A stretch of DNA of 64,000 nt. Origin: Gammaproteobacteria bacterium. Lineage in GTDB: Bacteria; Pseudomonadota; Gammaproteobacteria; CAISUE01. The position numbers and the translations under genes are program-made. Below, in pieces: positions 20,015 through 29,666 of this stretch (position 1 is its first letter; each line of letters starts with the position of its first letter). The DNA lies in NCBI GenBank assembly GCA_021156105.1, contig JAJNBD010000002.1, forward strand, positions 59,701 to 123,700, written 5' to 3'. Below the pieces are notes generated by a model, which saw nothing but the letters and a program-made list of their open reading frames with translations, had not been told where the DNA came from and searched no databases.

Positions 20015-20796
20015 AAAAATGTTGGGCTAGTTAAAAGCCAAAGCCAGGCGCCAATGCATAAGAATGGGCCAAATGGTAAAGCTGTTTCAAGTTTAGCTTT
20101 TTTATTAATGATTGCCATCAAGCCGACAATAGCGCCAATAAAAGAGGCCGTGGTTAAAATATAAAAAAGAGGCATCCAGCCAAACCAAGCGCCAAAAGCG
20201 GCTAATAATTTCCAATCGCCTTGCCCTAGGCCGTCTTTTTTTCGGACCCACTTATAGAGGTTGTTAATGAGCCAAAGCAAGCTATAACCTAAAGCCGCCC
20301 CTATGACGGCATCGCTTAATGCTGTAAATAAATGTTGAATATTAATTAATAAACCAAGCCATAATAGGCTTAAGGTAAGTTGATCGGGTAGAAGGAAATG
20401 CTCAAGGTCAATCACTGTCATGGCGATAAGCCACCAGGTAAATACTAAACCTGCAAGCATTTGATTATTAAAGCCTAAAATAAAATATACGGCCAAGCTC
20501 AAGAAAATGGTAATAAATTCAATCAGTGGATAGCGCCAAGAAATTTTTTGCTGGCAATGGCGACAAGCGGCATGCAATAAAAAATAACTGATAATGGGAA
20601 TATTGTCATACCAAGCAATCATATGCTTGCAATTTGGGCAAGCTGAGCGGGGGCGAGATAAGGAAATATTTTCATTATCTAACATTAAAGGGAGTCGATA
20701 GATGACGACATTAAGAAAGCTGCCAATGCAAGCGCTAACTAAAATGAGCGTAAGCATTAAAAGCCAGGGAGGAAGAATCGATAGATTTAAGATCAT
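20011..20796 (-). CDS. pilD: prepilin peptidase / N-methyltransferase (A24 family)
   Basis: CPNC ... CRHC zinc-type pairs, a DLEHFLLPD aspartate, and a GLGQGDWKLL second aspartate motif. Confidence 0.9.
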   Translation of the reverse strand: MILNLSILPPWLLMLTLILVSACIGSFLNVVIYRLPLMLDNENISLSRPRSACPNCKHMIAWYDNIPIISYFLLHAACRHCQQKISWRYPLIEFITIFLSLAVYFILGFNNQMLAGLVFTWWLIAMTVIDLEHFLLPDQLTLSLLWLGLLINIQHLFTALSDAVIGAALGYSLLWLINNLYKWVRKKDGLGQGDWKLLAAFGAWFGWMPLFYILTTASFIGAIVGLMAIINKKAKLETALPFGPFLCIGAWLWLLTSPTFL

Positions 20797-20807
20797 TATT
20801 GGCCCGC

Positions 20808-21650
20808 TTAACCTAAAAATTCAATAATTGAGTCGTTAATCAACTGACTATGTTCAATTTGTGATAAGTGACCACATTGCTTTAGGCTAATAATCGGCGC
20901 CCAAGGCATCCATTTTTTTGCGGCTTTCACATGAGGCTTATAAGGTAAGACAGAATCTCCTTCCCCCCAGTAAATCTGGGTGGGGATAGATTGCACCAAG
21001 TTGAAATGATTACGAATTTCATGCAAAGACCTTTCCTTGATCCCACCAATCCAAGCGTTTTCTTTTAATACTCTCAAAAAGCTATTGAGATTAGTTTGGT
21101 TTGAAGTAATAGGAAAGGTTGCTTCAATAAATGCATCAGGGATACTGTTTGGGTCAAAGGCATGTGAGCGCAGCATGACGCCATATTGTTCCTGGGTAAA
21201 GTTGCATCGCACGAGTTTATCGATGCCTGGAAGGGTTAATAACCGAAATTGCCAGCCTAATTGCGTGGCAAATCCAACATTATTTAATAAAATCAATTTT
21301 TTAACGCGCTCTGTGCTTAACATGGCATAGCGTAAAGCTAAAGCGCCACCTAAAGAGTGTCCTACCAAGTAAGTGGATTTAATATCTAAAAAATCAAGCA
21401 GATGATTGATAAAATCTGTATAAAAATCTATCGTATATTCATTGGGGGAATCGCTTTGCCCAAAGCCAGGTAAATCAAAAGCAATAACTTGATAATGCTT
21501 TGATAATTCAGGGATATTAGCAAACCAATATTCCAGCATGGCGGCTAGCCCATGCACCAACACCAGAGGTTTGCCTTCTCCTACAATACAATAGCGGGTC
21601 TTTAAACCATCTATAGAGGCAAATTGGGTGGGAAAGGGTAAAAATACCAT
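20808..21650 (-). CDS. alpha/beta hydrolase
   Basis: HG oxyanion motif (LVLVHGL), GHSLGG nucleophile elbow, and a C-terminal GH. 280 aa. Confidence 0.85.
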   Translation of the reverse strand: MVFLPFPTQFASIDGLKTRYCIVGEGKPLVLVHGLAAMLEYWFANIPELSKHYQVIAFDLPGFGQSDSPNEYTIDFYTDFINHLLDFLDIKSTYLVGHSLGGALALRYAMLSTERVKKLILLNNVGFATQLGWQFRLLTLPGIDKLVRCNFTQEQYGVMLRSHAFDPNSIPDAFIEATFPITSNQTNLNSFLRVLKENAWIGGIKERSLHEIRNHFNLVQSIPTQIYWGEGDSVLPYKPHVKAAKKWMPWAPIISLKQCGHLSQIEHSQLINDSIIEFLG

Positions 21651-22335
21651 CTTTACAAATCCTTGGGGTTAAGGCATAAGGCAGGCTATTTGCTTAGATA
21701 TGGCTGAAGAATCCGTTAATTTCAGCTATCTGTTTTGCAAAACCGAGGCACTTAAAACTTAGCTTAGCTTAAAATATGTTAATGGTAAAGGGATTATGCT
21801 AGAATGACAACATCAATCCGCCTATTGCGGATGAAATTTAGGCGATCGCGTGAAGCGATTAATATGTAAAATGTGGTAAATGCAACACCCCCACTTGCCC
21901 CGGGCCTGTAGCAGGTTGATGAATAAAACGGTGACGCAAGGTTAAAACAAAGTGCAAATGTATATTTGATCATGCACATAGGGGAGCAAAGTTTTTAGCA
22001 GCCACGATCATCAATGATCAGAAAGGTATTGATGCTCTCGTGAGTAGTAATTGAATATTCATTAATAAAATGAATACAATAAAGTTTATGACTGTCGTTT
22101 CCAAGGATTAAAAGAGATGATGATTAACCACGCAGGCTATAATAACGCTAGTACCTACTTGTTTAAACGAGAGTTTAAAAGCGTTGAATTTTTTATTTTT
22201 TTAGCCGAGCAGTTAATGTAAATCGCTCCTGCCTTGCTGGATGCGAGGCCTTGCTATGCTATGCATAAGGCCAGCTCAACCTGACAGCCTCTGCAGCTTT
22301 GCGTTCGTTGCGTTTTCCTAAAATAGGAGAATGAA

Positions 22336-24975
22336 ATGGATCGTATGTTAATTAATGGTACCCAAGCGGAAGAGCTTCGGGTAGCACTTGTCAGTGGTCA
22401 AAAATTATATAATCTCAATGTTGACCGTGAAGGTCGTGAACAAAGAAAAGCTAATATCTATAGTGGTACCATCCGTCATCTGGAAACAAGCTTAGATGCT
22501 GCTTTTGTTGACTATGGTGCTGAACGTCATGGTTTTTTACCTTTCAAAGAAATTGTACTTACGCCTGAACAGCAAGCGGCAATTGCCCGTGGTGAGCGCT
22601 TAGGTGTACGAGATGTTTTACGTGAAGGCCAACAAGTACTGGTTCAAGTAGAAAAAGAAGAGCGGGGTAACAAAGGCGCTGCTTTAACCACCTTCTTAAG
22701 TTTAGCAGGTTGCTACTTAGTCTTAATGCCAAATAATCCTGGTGCAGGTGGCATTTCTCGTCGTATTGATGGTGAAGATCGCCATGAAATGAAAGACGCG
22801 CTTGCTCAACTAAGATTGCCAGAAGGTATGGGCGTTATCATTCGTACCGCAGGGGTTGGACGCAGTGTTGAAGAACTGCAATGGGACCTCGATGTTCAAT
22901 TACGCCTTTGGGATGCCATTCAAAATATTTATAAAACACGACAAGGCGCTTACTTGATTCATCAAGAAAGTGATGTTGTCATGCGTTCTATCCGTGATTA
23001 TTTACGTCAAGATATTAGTGAAATCTTAATCGATGACCCGGTTATTTATGAAAGGGCAAAGCAGCACATCGAACTTGTCCGCCCAGATTTTGCGCATTGT
23101 GTAAAACTCTATACCGATCATGTCCCATTATTTACTCGCTTCCACATTGAAAGCCAGATTGAATCTGCCTATCAACGTGAAGTCCGCTTACCTTCTGGCG
23201 GCGCTATTGTTATTGATCATACAGAAGCGTTAGTAGCAATTGATATTAACTCTGCACGTGCAACACGGGGCGGTGATATTGAAGAAACCGCTTTACAAAC
23301 TAACCTTGAAGCAGCAGATGAGATCGCTCGTCAATTACGTTTACGTGATATTGGTGGTTTAGTGGTCATTGACTTTATTGATATGGGGCCAGTGCGTAAC
23401 CAACGCGAAGTAGAAAATCGTTTGCGCGAAGCAACCAAAATGGACCGCGCGCGTATTCAAATTGGCCGTTTATCGCGCTTTGGTTTACTCGAAATGTCGC
23501 GCCAACGTTTACGTCCTTCGCTGGGTGAAGCAAGCTTATTAGCTTGTCCACGTTGCCATGGTAGTGGTGTCATTCGAGGCATTGAATCTTTGGCATTATC
23601 TATCTTGCGTTTGGTAGAAGAAAACGCTATGAAAGAGAAGACGCGTCGCCTGCATGTGCATGTGCCTGTTGAGGTAGCAACCTATTTACTTAATGAAAAA
23701 CGTGATGCTATTACTAAAATGGAACAGCGTCATTCAGCACACATTATTATTATCCCTAGTCAAAATTATGTAACACCACAATTTAAAATTGAACGTATTC
23801 GCCAAGATGACATGGTAGAAGCCGTACCCAGTTATCAGATTACTTCAGCGATTGATGTAGAAGTTCCTTATGAGGTTCGTGAAAAGACCCAAGAAACGGA
23901 ACAGCCAGCAATCAAAACCTTAGATGTTATGAAGATGCCAGACATGCCCGTGAAAAAGCCTGTCGCTTCTGCAGCAAAAAAAGGTTTTCTGACAAACTTA
24001 TGGGAAAAACTTCTTGGCAAAGAAGAGCCAGTGGTAAAAGTTCCCGTATCACCTAAAACAGAGCAGCGTGCTACTCGACCCCAGAAACCCGCGCGCGGCC
24101 CGTCTTCTAACCAGCGTGGCGCATCCCGCCGTAACAACACACAAGGCATGTCAGTAAAAGACGTTGTTAAACGTGCACAGATGGAGCCAAAAGAGCGTCA
24201 AGATCGAGAGTTGAAAAACACCAAGAATGCTAACCCGACGAATGTGGCAGAAAAAGAAAACATGCGTCGTGAGCGTAAGCCAATTTCACGCCCAGCTGAA
24301 AATGTTGGTGAAAGAGTAGTGGTGAAAATTCCTTCTCAAGGGCAAAGTGCAAAACCTGAGGTAGAAAAAGTTGAGAAGCCAATGATTGGTGTTGCTGTTT
24401 CAACCACGTCTGTTCAACCAGTAGAGGCTGTAAAAACGATTGTGGCTGCGCAAGCAGTTGAACCAACTCATGCGGTAGGGGTAGTTCAGCCTATTGCGGA
24501 ATCTTCAAAACCTGTACAGCAAACAAAAGAACCTGCCGCAGCTGCTTCGGGAGAGGATATCTTTGCTAAGGCACAAAGAATGCTTGCCTCACAAACGCTA
24601 GAAGCGAAACCCGCTGTGCTAGAGTCTGCTGCAGGAGAAGAAGTTAAAAAAGCCAGAAACTTAGAAACAACCCTCAATGCAATGGATAATACCAAACATA
24701 ACGTACAGCAAGGGTTGAACTTAGATAACCCTAATACTGAAGGGGTAAATGGTGCGCCGCATGATATGGCAGCACCAGCAGCAGAAAACGCGCTGACAAC
24801 AGGTGAAACAGGGCAAGAGAAAAAACCTTCTGGCAAGTTTAAACATCGTGGTTCGCGCTTCCATGGGAAAGGACGGCGTAATAATCCACGGCAAAAAGGT
24901 TTTCCTCGCAATGATAAAACTTCTGATAATGCTAGCGTTGACGCAGCGCCTGCGGCTAATCAACAGGAGGAATAA
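22336..24975 (+). CDS. rne: ribonuclease E
   Basis: MDRMLINGTQAEELRVALV start, S1 domain, catalytic IDINSARATRGGDIEETA, Zn-link CPRCHGSG, and a long low-complexity Arg/Pro-rich scaffold tail. Confidence 0.97.
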   Translation: MDRMLINGTQAEELRVALVSGQKLYNLNVDREGREQRKANIYSGTIRHLETSLDAAFVDYGAERHGFLPFKEIVLTPEQQAAIARGERLGVRDVLREGQQVLVQVEKEERGNKGAALTTFLSLAGCYLVLMPNNPGAGGISRRIDGEDRHEMKDALAQLRLPEGMGVIIRTAGVGRSVEELQWDLDVQLRLWDAIQNIYKTRQGAYLIHQESDVVMRSIRDYLRQDISEILIDDPVIYERAKQHIELVRPDFAHCVKLYTDHVPLFTRFHIESQIESAYQREVRLPSGGAIVIDHTEALVAIDINSARATRGGDIEETALQTNLEAADEIARQLRLRDIGGLVVIDFIDMGPVRNQREVENRLREATKMDRARIQIGRLSRFGLLEMSRQRLRPSLGEASLLACPRCHGSGVIRGIESLALSILRLVEENAMKEKTRRLHVHVPVEVATYLLNEKRDAITKMEQRHSAHIIIIPSQNYVTPQFKIERIRQDDMVEAVPSYQITSAIDVEVPYEVREKTQETEQPAIKTLDVMKMPDMPVKKPVASAAKKGFLTNLWEKLLGKEEPVVKVPVSPKTEQRATRPQKPARGPSSNQRGASRRNNTQGMSVKDVVKRAQMEPKERQDRELKNTKNANPTNVAEKENMRRERKPISRPAENVGERVVVKIPSQGQSAKPEVEKVEKPMIGVAVSTTSVQPVEAVKTIVAAQAVEPTHAVGVVQPIAESSKPVQQTKEPAAAASGEDIFAKAQRMLASQTLEAKPAVLESAAGEEVKKARNLETTLNAMDNTKHNVQQGLNLDNPNTEGVNGAPHDMAAPAAENALTTGETGQEKKPSGKFKHRGSRFHGKGRRNNPRQKGFPRNDKTSDNASVDAAPAANQQEE

Positions 24976-24978
24976 GTT

Positions 24979-26430
24979 ATGCCATCTGCAATGAGTGATT
25001 ATATCTCGCTACGTCGCACAAAAATTGTTGCGACGCTTGGGCCTGCAACAGACGCTGATGATGAGTTAGAAAAATTATTGCGCGCAGGTGTGGATGCTTG
25101 TCGATTAAACTTCTCTCATGGCAAAGCAGATGATCATATTGCGCGTGCCAAAAAGATTCGCCAAGTTTCAGCTAATTTAAATAAAGAAGTAGCAATTATT
25201 GCGGATTTACAAGGACCAAAAATTCGTGTTTCACGCTTTAAAGAAGGTGCTATTTATTTAAAAGAAGGTGAAACTTTTATTTTAGATGTGCAGCACCCCA
25301 AAGATGCAGGTGATGAAACAATTGTCGGTGTGGATTATCCAAACCTTCATGAAGATGTTAAGGCAAAAGATTATTTATTGCTGGATGATGGCCGTTTAGT
25401 ATTAGAAGTAATAGAAGTTAAAGGGGCACAAATTTTTACGAACGTTATTGTCGGCGGCAAGCTTTCCAATAATAAAGGAATTAATCGTCAAGGTGGTGGG
25501 TTAACTGCGCCAGCTTTAACGGATAAAGATAAAGAAGATTTAAAAACGGCGGTCGCATTAGGTGCAGATTATGTGGCAATTTCTTTTCCTCGTTCAGCGC
25601 AGGATATGCAAGAAGCAAAAGCATTAATCCAAGCGGCAGGAGGAAAATGCGGCGTCATTGCTAAAATCGAACGGGCTGAAGCACTTGATGTGATTGATGA
25701 AATCATTTATGCCTCTGATGCTTTAATGGTTGCGCGTGGAGATTTAGGGGTTGAAATTGGTGACTCTGAATTACCTCAAGCACAAAAGTATTTAATCCAA
25801 CGATGCCGCACCTTAAATAAACCTGTGATTACGGCAACGCAAATGATGGAAAGCATGATTGATAGCTCAATTCCTACGCGTGCAGAAGTTTTTGACGTGG
25901 CAAATGCAGTCTTAGATGGAACAGACGCTGTAATGCTTTCGGCAGAAACAGCTTCAGGTAAGCACCCAGCTAAAGTGGTTGAAGCGATGGCTCGTGTTTG
26001 TGTAGGCGCTGAAAAGCATCGTGGTTCTTTAACGTCTGGTCACCGCGTTGAATGTCGGTTTGAAGGTGTTGAAGAGGTGATTGCCATGTCAGCAATGTAC
26101 GCTGCGAATCGATTTTCTATTCGCGGCATTATTGCTTTAACGGAATCAGGTATTACGCCGCTTTTGATGTCACGTATTCGCTCAGGCATTCCAATTTTTG
26201 CGCTAACCCGTAATATTGCAACTGAAAGAAAAATGGCGATTTACCGGGGAGTTTATCCAATGAACTGCGCGAAAGAATTTGATCAAATTGCCAAAGATGA
26301 TACTTTTGCTTGTGAAGTCTTAAAAAGCCACCATGTGGCAAAAAAAGCTGACTATGTCCTCATTACCCATGGCGATTTAGCTGGTCAAGCAGGTGGTACC
26401 AATACGCTGAGAATTGTTCAAGTTAAATAA
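24979..26430 (+). CDS. pyk: pyruvate kinase
   Basis: RRTKIVATLGP, MVARGDLGVEIG and TQMMESM motifs. CAGGAGG Shine-Dalgarno upstream. Confidence 0.96.
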   Translation: MPSAMSDYISLRRTKIVATLGPATDADDELEKLLRAGVDACRLNFSHGKADDHIARAKKIRQVSANLNKEVAIIADLQGPKIRVSRFKEGAIYLKEGETFILDVQHPKDAGDETIVGVDYPNLHEDVKAKDYLLLDDGRLVLEVIEVKGAQIFTNVIVGGKLSNNKGINRQGGGLTAPALTDKDKEDLKTAVALGADYVAISFPRSAQDMQEAKALIQAAGGKCGVIAKIERAEALDVIDEIIYASDALMVARGDLGVEIGDSELPQAQKYLIQRCRTLNKPVITATQMMESMIDSSIPTRAEVFDVANAVLDGTDAVMLSAETASGKHPAKVVEAMARVCVGAEKHRGSLTSGHRVECRFEGVEEVIAMSAMYAANRFSIRGIIALTESGITPLLMSRIRSGIPIFALTRNIATERKMAIYRGVYPMNCAKEFDQIAKDDTFACEVLKSHHVAKKADYVLITHGDLAGQAGGTNTLRIVQVK

Positions 26431-26433
26431 ATG

Positions 26434-26463
26434 ATCGTAGGCGGCACATTTGCCGCCTACGAT
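26434..26463 (+). terminator. hairpin after pyk
   Basis: ATCGTAGGCGGCA-catt-TGCCGCCTACGAT, a 13-bp stem immediately after the stop. Confidence 0.7.
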
Positions 26464-26499
26464 GAGATAAATTAAACTTACATCTTAATCCAAACGTCT

Positions 26500-26910
26500 A
26501 TGTTCTTACCTGATCTCCAATCAACACTAAAAGCAGCTCAAGAAATTGCAGAAACGATTCATGCTGGTCAAGTGGTTTATCTGCATGGCGAACTAGGCGC
26601 AGGCAAAACTTCTTTTGTTCAAGGCTTGCTACGGGCGTGGGGTTACCATGGCGCGGTGAAAAGTCCCACCTATACGCTGGTTGAACCTTATGAGTTTTCC
26701 CAGTTTACGGTATACCATTTTGATCTTTATCGTTTGAAAGATCCTGCGGAATTGGGGTTTATGGGTGTTGAGGAATATTTTTCGCCAGAGAGTATTTGTT
26801 TAATTGAATGGCCTGAGCGCGCAGAAGGTTATTTACCCAAAGCTGACTGCATAATAGAATTGAGCTATGATGGCGAAGGGCGAGATTTGAAATTTGTCAA
26901 AAGTTCATAA
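26500..26910 (+). CDS. tsaE: tRNA t6A biosynthesis ATPase TsaE (YjeE)
   Basis: 136 aa with GELGAGKTSF, SPTYTLV and HFDLYRL motifs. Confidence 0.9.
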   Translation: MFLPDLQSTLKAAQEIAETIHAGQVVYLHGELGAGKTSFVQGLLRAWGYHGAVKSPTYTLVEPYEFSQFTVYHFDLYRLKDPAELGFMGVEEYFSPESICLIEWPERAEGYLPKADCIIELSYDGEGRDLKFVKSS

Positions 26911-26987
26911 TAGATGAATAATATTTTATACAAAAGTAATGTCGGTTTTGAATTTTTATTCGAGAAGATGTAGCAGAAATTATTTCT

Positions 26988-28364
26988 ATGATCAGAACGC
27001 TGTTAAAAATATTTTTCTTGTTAACTGGCTTCTGTCTCCCGTTTTCACTCTGGTCTGATACTATTTCTACACCGCCTAAATCTGCAATTCTTCAGCTGCT
27101 GGAAATTAAACAAAGGCAGCAGCAAACCACATTAATTTTTACTTTAAAAAATGCTTCTGAACCTAAAATGTTTTCCTTGGAAAATCCTGATCGATTAGTG
27201 ATTGATTTTCCACAAGCTAAGCCTAGTAGCACGCTTCCAAAAGAAATTCATACTAATGGATTAATTAAACATATACGTTTAGGCAAGGGGCCTGATGGCT
27301 CGGGAAACTTGCGCTTAGTGCTTGATCTTGCAGCAAAGTCAGATTATGTTTTTTTAATTGATCAAAATCCAAAAACGCATCAAGAAATGGTTACTGTGAT
27401 TTTGACTAAGGTGGGCGAAATCGAGCCTGTTAAAAAACCAGAAGCAAAACTCGCTTATCATGAAAGTTTAGATATGGATGAGCTTGAGCAAGAAATCCAA
27501 GCAAGCAAAACGCGACAAGCAACCCAAAAAATTGCGCCATTAGCGACGGGGCAAGCGGATTTAATTCAGCCTTTAAATCAAAATCAATATGCTTCTATTA
27601 AAAACTCGCCTTTAAAGAAAGTTGTAATTGAAATTGATCCAGGCCATGGCGGGAAAGACTCTGGCGCGATTGGGCCTGATCGTGATATGGAAAAAATGGT
27701 GGTATTAGCGATTAGTAAAAAACTGCAAGCAGATTTAATGGAAGTGCCTGGTATTGATCCACGCTTAACCCGTAAAGGGGATTATTTTTTAACGCTAAGA
27801 CAGCGGATTAATCTTGCGCGGCGTGATAATGCCAGTATGTTTATGGCGATTCATGCGGATGCCTTTAATGAAACAGCAACAGGTGCATCCGTATTTGCTT
27901 TATCAGAGCATGGAGCGAGTAGCGAAATGGCGCGCTGGTTGGCTGATCGCGAAAATACTTCGGAGCTTTCGGGGATTAATATTAAAACAAAAGATCGAGA
28001 ATTAAAATCTGTCTTGTTAGATATGTCTCAAACGGCAACCATTGAAGATAGTTTGCGTTTAGGAACGTCAGTGCTCAGTTCGCTAAAAAGTTTAACGAAT
28101 TTACATTCCAATAAAGTTGAGCAAGCAGGATTTGTGGTGCTGAAATCGCCGGATATTCCTTCTGTCTTAGTCGAGACAGGATTTATCTCTAATCCTCGAG
28201 AAGAAAAACTATTGACAGATCCAGACTATCAGGCGCGAATTGCAAAAGCCTTGGCGTTTGGTATTACCCATTATTTCCAAGAAAACCCGCCACCAGGATC
28301 GCTATTTGAAATGGAGTATATGGGGTCGGATGCATCAAGAAAAATTAATGAAAAAATAGATTGA
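26988..28364 (+). CDS. amiB: N-acetylmuramoyl-L-alanine amidase (AMIN domain + Amidase_3)
   Basis: Signal peptide, AMIN-like LVIDFPQAK block, catalytic IDPGHGGKDSGAIG ... HADA ... ETGFISN. tsaE-amiB synteny as in E. coli. Confidence 0.9.
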   Translation: MIRTLLKIFFLLTGFCLPFSLWSDTISTPPKSAILQLLEIKQRQQQTTLIFTLKNASEPKMFSLENPDRLVIDFPQAKPSSTLPKEIHTNGLIKHIRLGKGPDGSGNLRLVLDLAAKSDYVFLIDQNPKTHQEMVTVILTKVGEIEPVKKPEAKLAYHESLDMDELEQEIQASKTRQATQKIAPLATGQADLIQPLNQNQYASIKNSPLKKVVIEIDPGHGGKDSGAIGPDRDMEKMVVLAISKKLQADLMEVPGIDPRLTRKGDYFLTLRQRINLARRDNASMFMAIHADAFNETATGASVFALSEHGASSEMARWLADRENTSELSGINIKTKDRELKSVLLDMSQTATIEDSLRLGTSVLSSLKSLTNLHSNKVEQAGFVVLKSPDIPSVLVETGFISNPREEKLLTDPDYQARIAKALAFGITHYFQENPPPGSLFEMEYMGSDASRKINEKID

Positions 28365-28386
28365 TGGTAAAAATCCATCAATCTAT
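28358..28386 (+). terminator. hairpin overlapping the amiB stop
   Basis: TAGATTGATGG-taaaaat-CCATCAATCTA. Confidence 0.5.
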
Positions 28387-28467
28387 TAAAAAATACTAAT
28401 TTTACGACTAATTCTAAAAAGACAAAAATATTTACAAGGATAGCGCGTTACTGATGTCTCTTTAGGT

Positions 28468-29385
28468 TTACTGTGCTAATAAAGGGCTGTGTTCTTGAGC
28501 TGAGGACTCTTCACTTTGTGGAGCTGCATCGGCCTGCTGAGCCTGATAAAATTCCAGCAAAGGTTTATGAAAGTAGTATGCTTCTCCGCTAACAGATACC
28601 GCATTTTTTACAAAGGGTATTTGTTCTGAACAAAATCTCCTTAAGGTGGCGGCATAACCGTGATCTATGTGTCCAAGACCTTTTTGGGGGGCAAACAGTA
28701 ATTTAGGGCCACCAACTTCACTACAGGCATAATGATGCAAATTTAGAGTTACGCCAGTAGGTATTATCAATGGGTTAAATATTTTATTAAGAGGTTCTAA
28801 GATTTTGGAATGCTCATCGTCAATAAAATGATAGTCAATGATTGCCGGTGGCGTTGAATACGTCAAAGCTATATGATGCATTTGTGCAAATAAAATATTA
28901 GTTTTTATGGGGTCTAAAACAGTAGAAGGATGTTTAACTTTTTTAGCAAAGATTCCACAGCAGCTTTTTCCTGTACCACTCTCTTTTGTTGCTAAATTAA
29001 AAGCATAGCCCGATGCTTTATTAGAAAAAACATCGGCGAGTAATAATGGATCAAGGGTTACTTTTAGTTCCTCAGAAAGTTGGGTTTGTAAGAGATCTTT
29101 TAACGCAGATATCAAAGGAAAACAAGAAATGTTGAAATTATTTTCACAATTCATGCGGTCAAGGATAATGTCTTGCCGATTAGAGCCAACCATCAGGACA
29201 ACTTCAGAATAACCATTCTTTTCAATTCGTTCAATTAAATAGCTAATTAATTTTTCTCTTTTAGCTAAAATCATCTTTGGCTCATCGCTCTCCCTTCGAT
29301 TATTTAAACAGCCATCATGATCAATAGAGAATACTCCAATTTTTCTAAGCATAAGCGCCTTTTTTTTAAAGATATTGTTAAACAC
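28468..29385 (-). CDS. orphan protein with HAD-phosphatase-like motifs
   Basis: 305 aa. FSIDHDGCL (motif I DxD), VLMVGSNRQ (motif II Ser) and HFIDDEH (motif IV acidic pair). The tail is acidic and Ser-rich: ...PQSEESSAQEHSPLLAQ. Confidence 0.6.
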   Translation of the reverse strand: MFNNIFKKKALMLRKIGVFSIDHDGCLNNRRESDEPKMILAKREKLISYLIERIEKNGYSEVVLMVGSNRQDIILDRMNCENNFNISCFPLISALKDLLQTQLSEELKVTLDPLLLADVFSNKASGYAFNLATKESGTGKSCCGIFAKKVKHPSTVLDPIKTNILFAQMHHIALTYSTPPAIIDYHFIDDEHSKILEPLNKIFNPLIIPTGVTLNLHHYACSEVGGPKLLFAPQKGLGHIDHGYAATLRRFCSEQIPFVKNAVSVSGEAYYFHKPLLEFYQAQQADAAPQSEESSAQEHSPLLAQ

Positions 29386-29666
29386 TAAAATGCTAATTTT
29401 TATTCTTACGCTGTAAGGAAGCTAGAATGAAGATAGTTTTAAATTCTTTATCTAATATCTTATTTTTTTATAATAATATAAATATTAGTATAGCTGAGTA
29501 TGCTTGAATGCGTCAATTATGCGACCCAAGCTTTGAGACGCTTTTAAATTTTTTAGTACGCGATTCAAAAATCGCCTTCTTTGCTAAAATGCTATGAATA
29601 GAATTTTGGCAAGCCAGTCCTAAGCTTTTGTGGGTAATAAATTTTGGCCTCACAGAATTGAAGTTG

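Noticed and set aside
21794-21979. 61-aa ORF in the rne upstream region
   Set aside because: It has no Shine-Dalgarno and an odd composition. The region is more plausibly 5' UTR or non-coding RNA.
24486-24911. 141-aa antisense ORF, along with 23868..24149, 24230..24466 and 24721..24963, within the rne 3' region
   Set aside because: These are shadow ORFs produced by the GC-richer, low-complexity scaffold-encoding part of rne. They have no independent signals.
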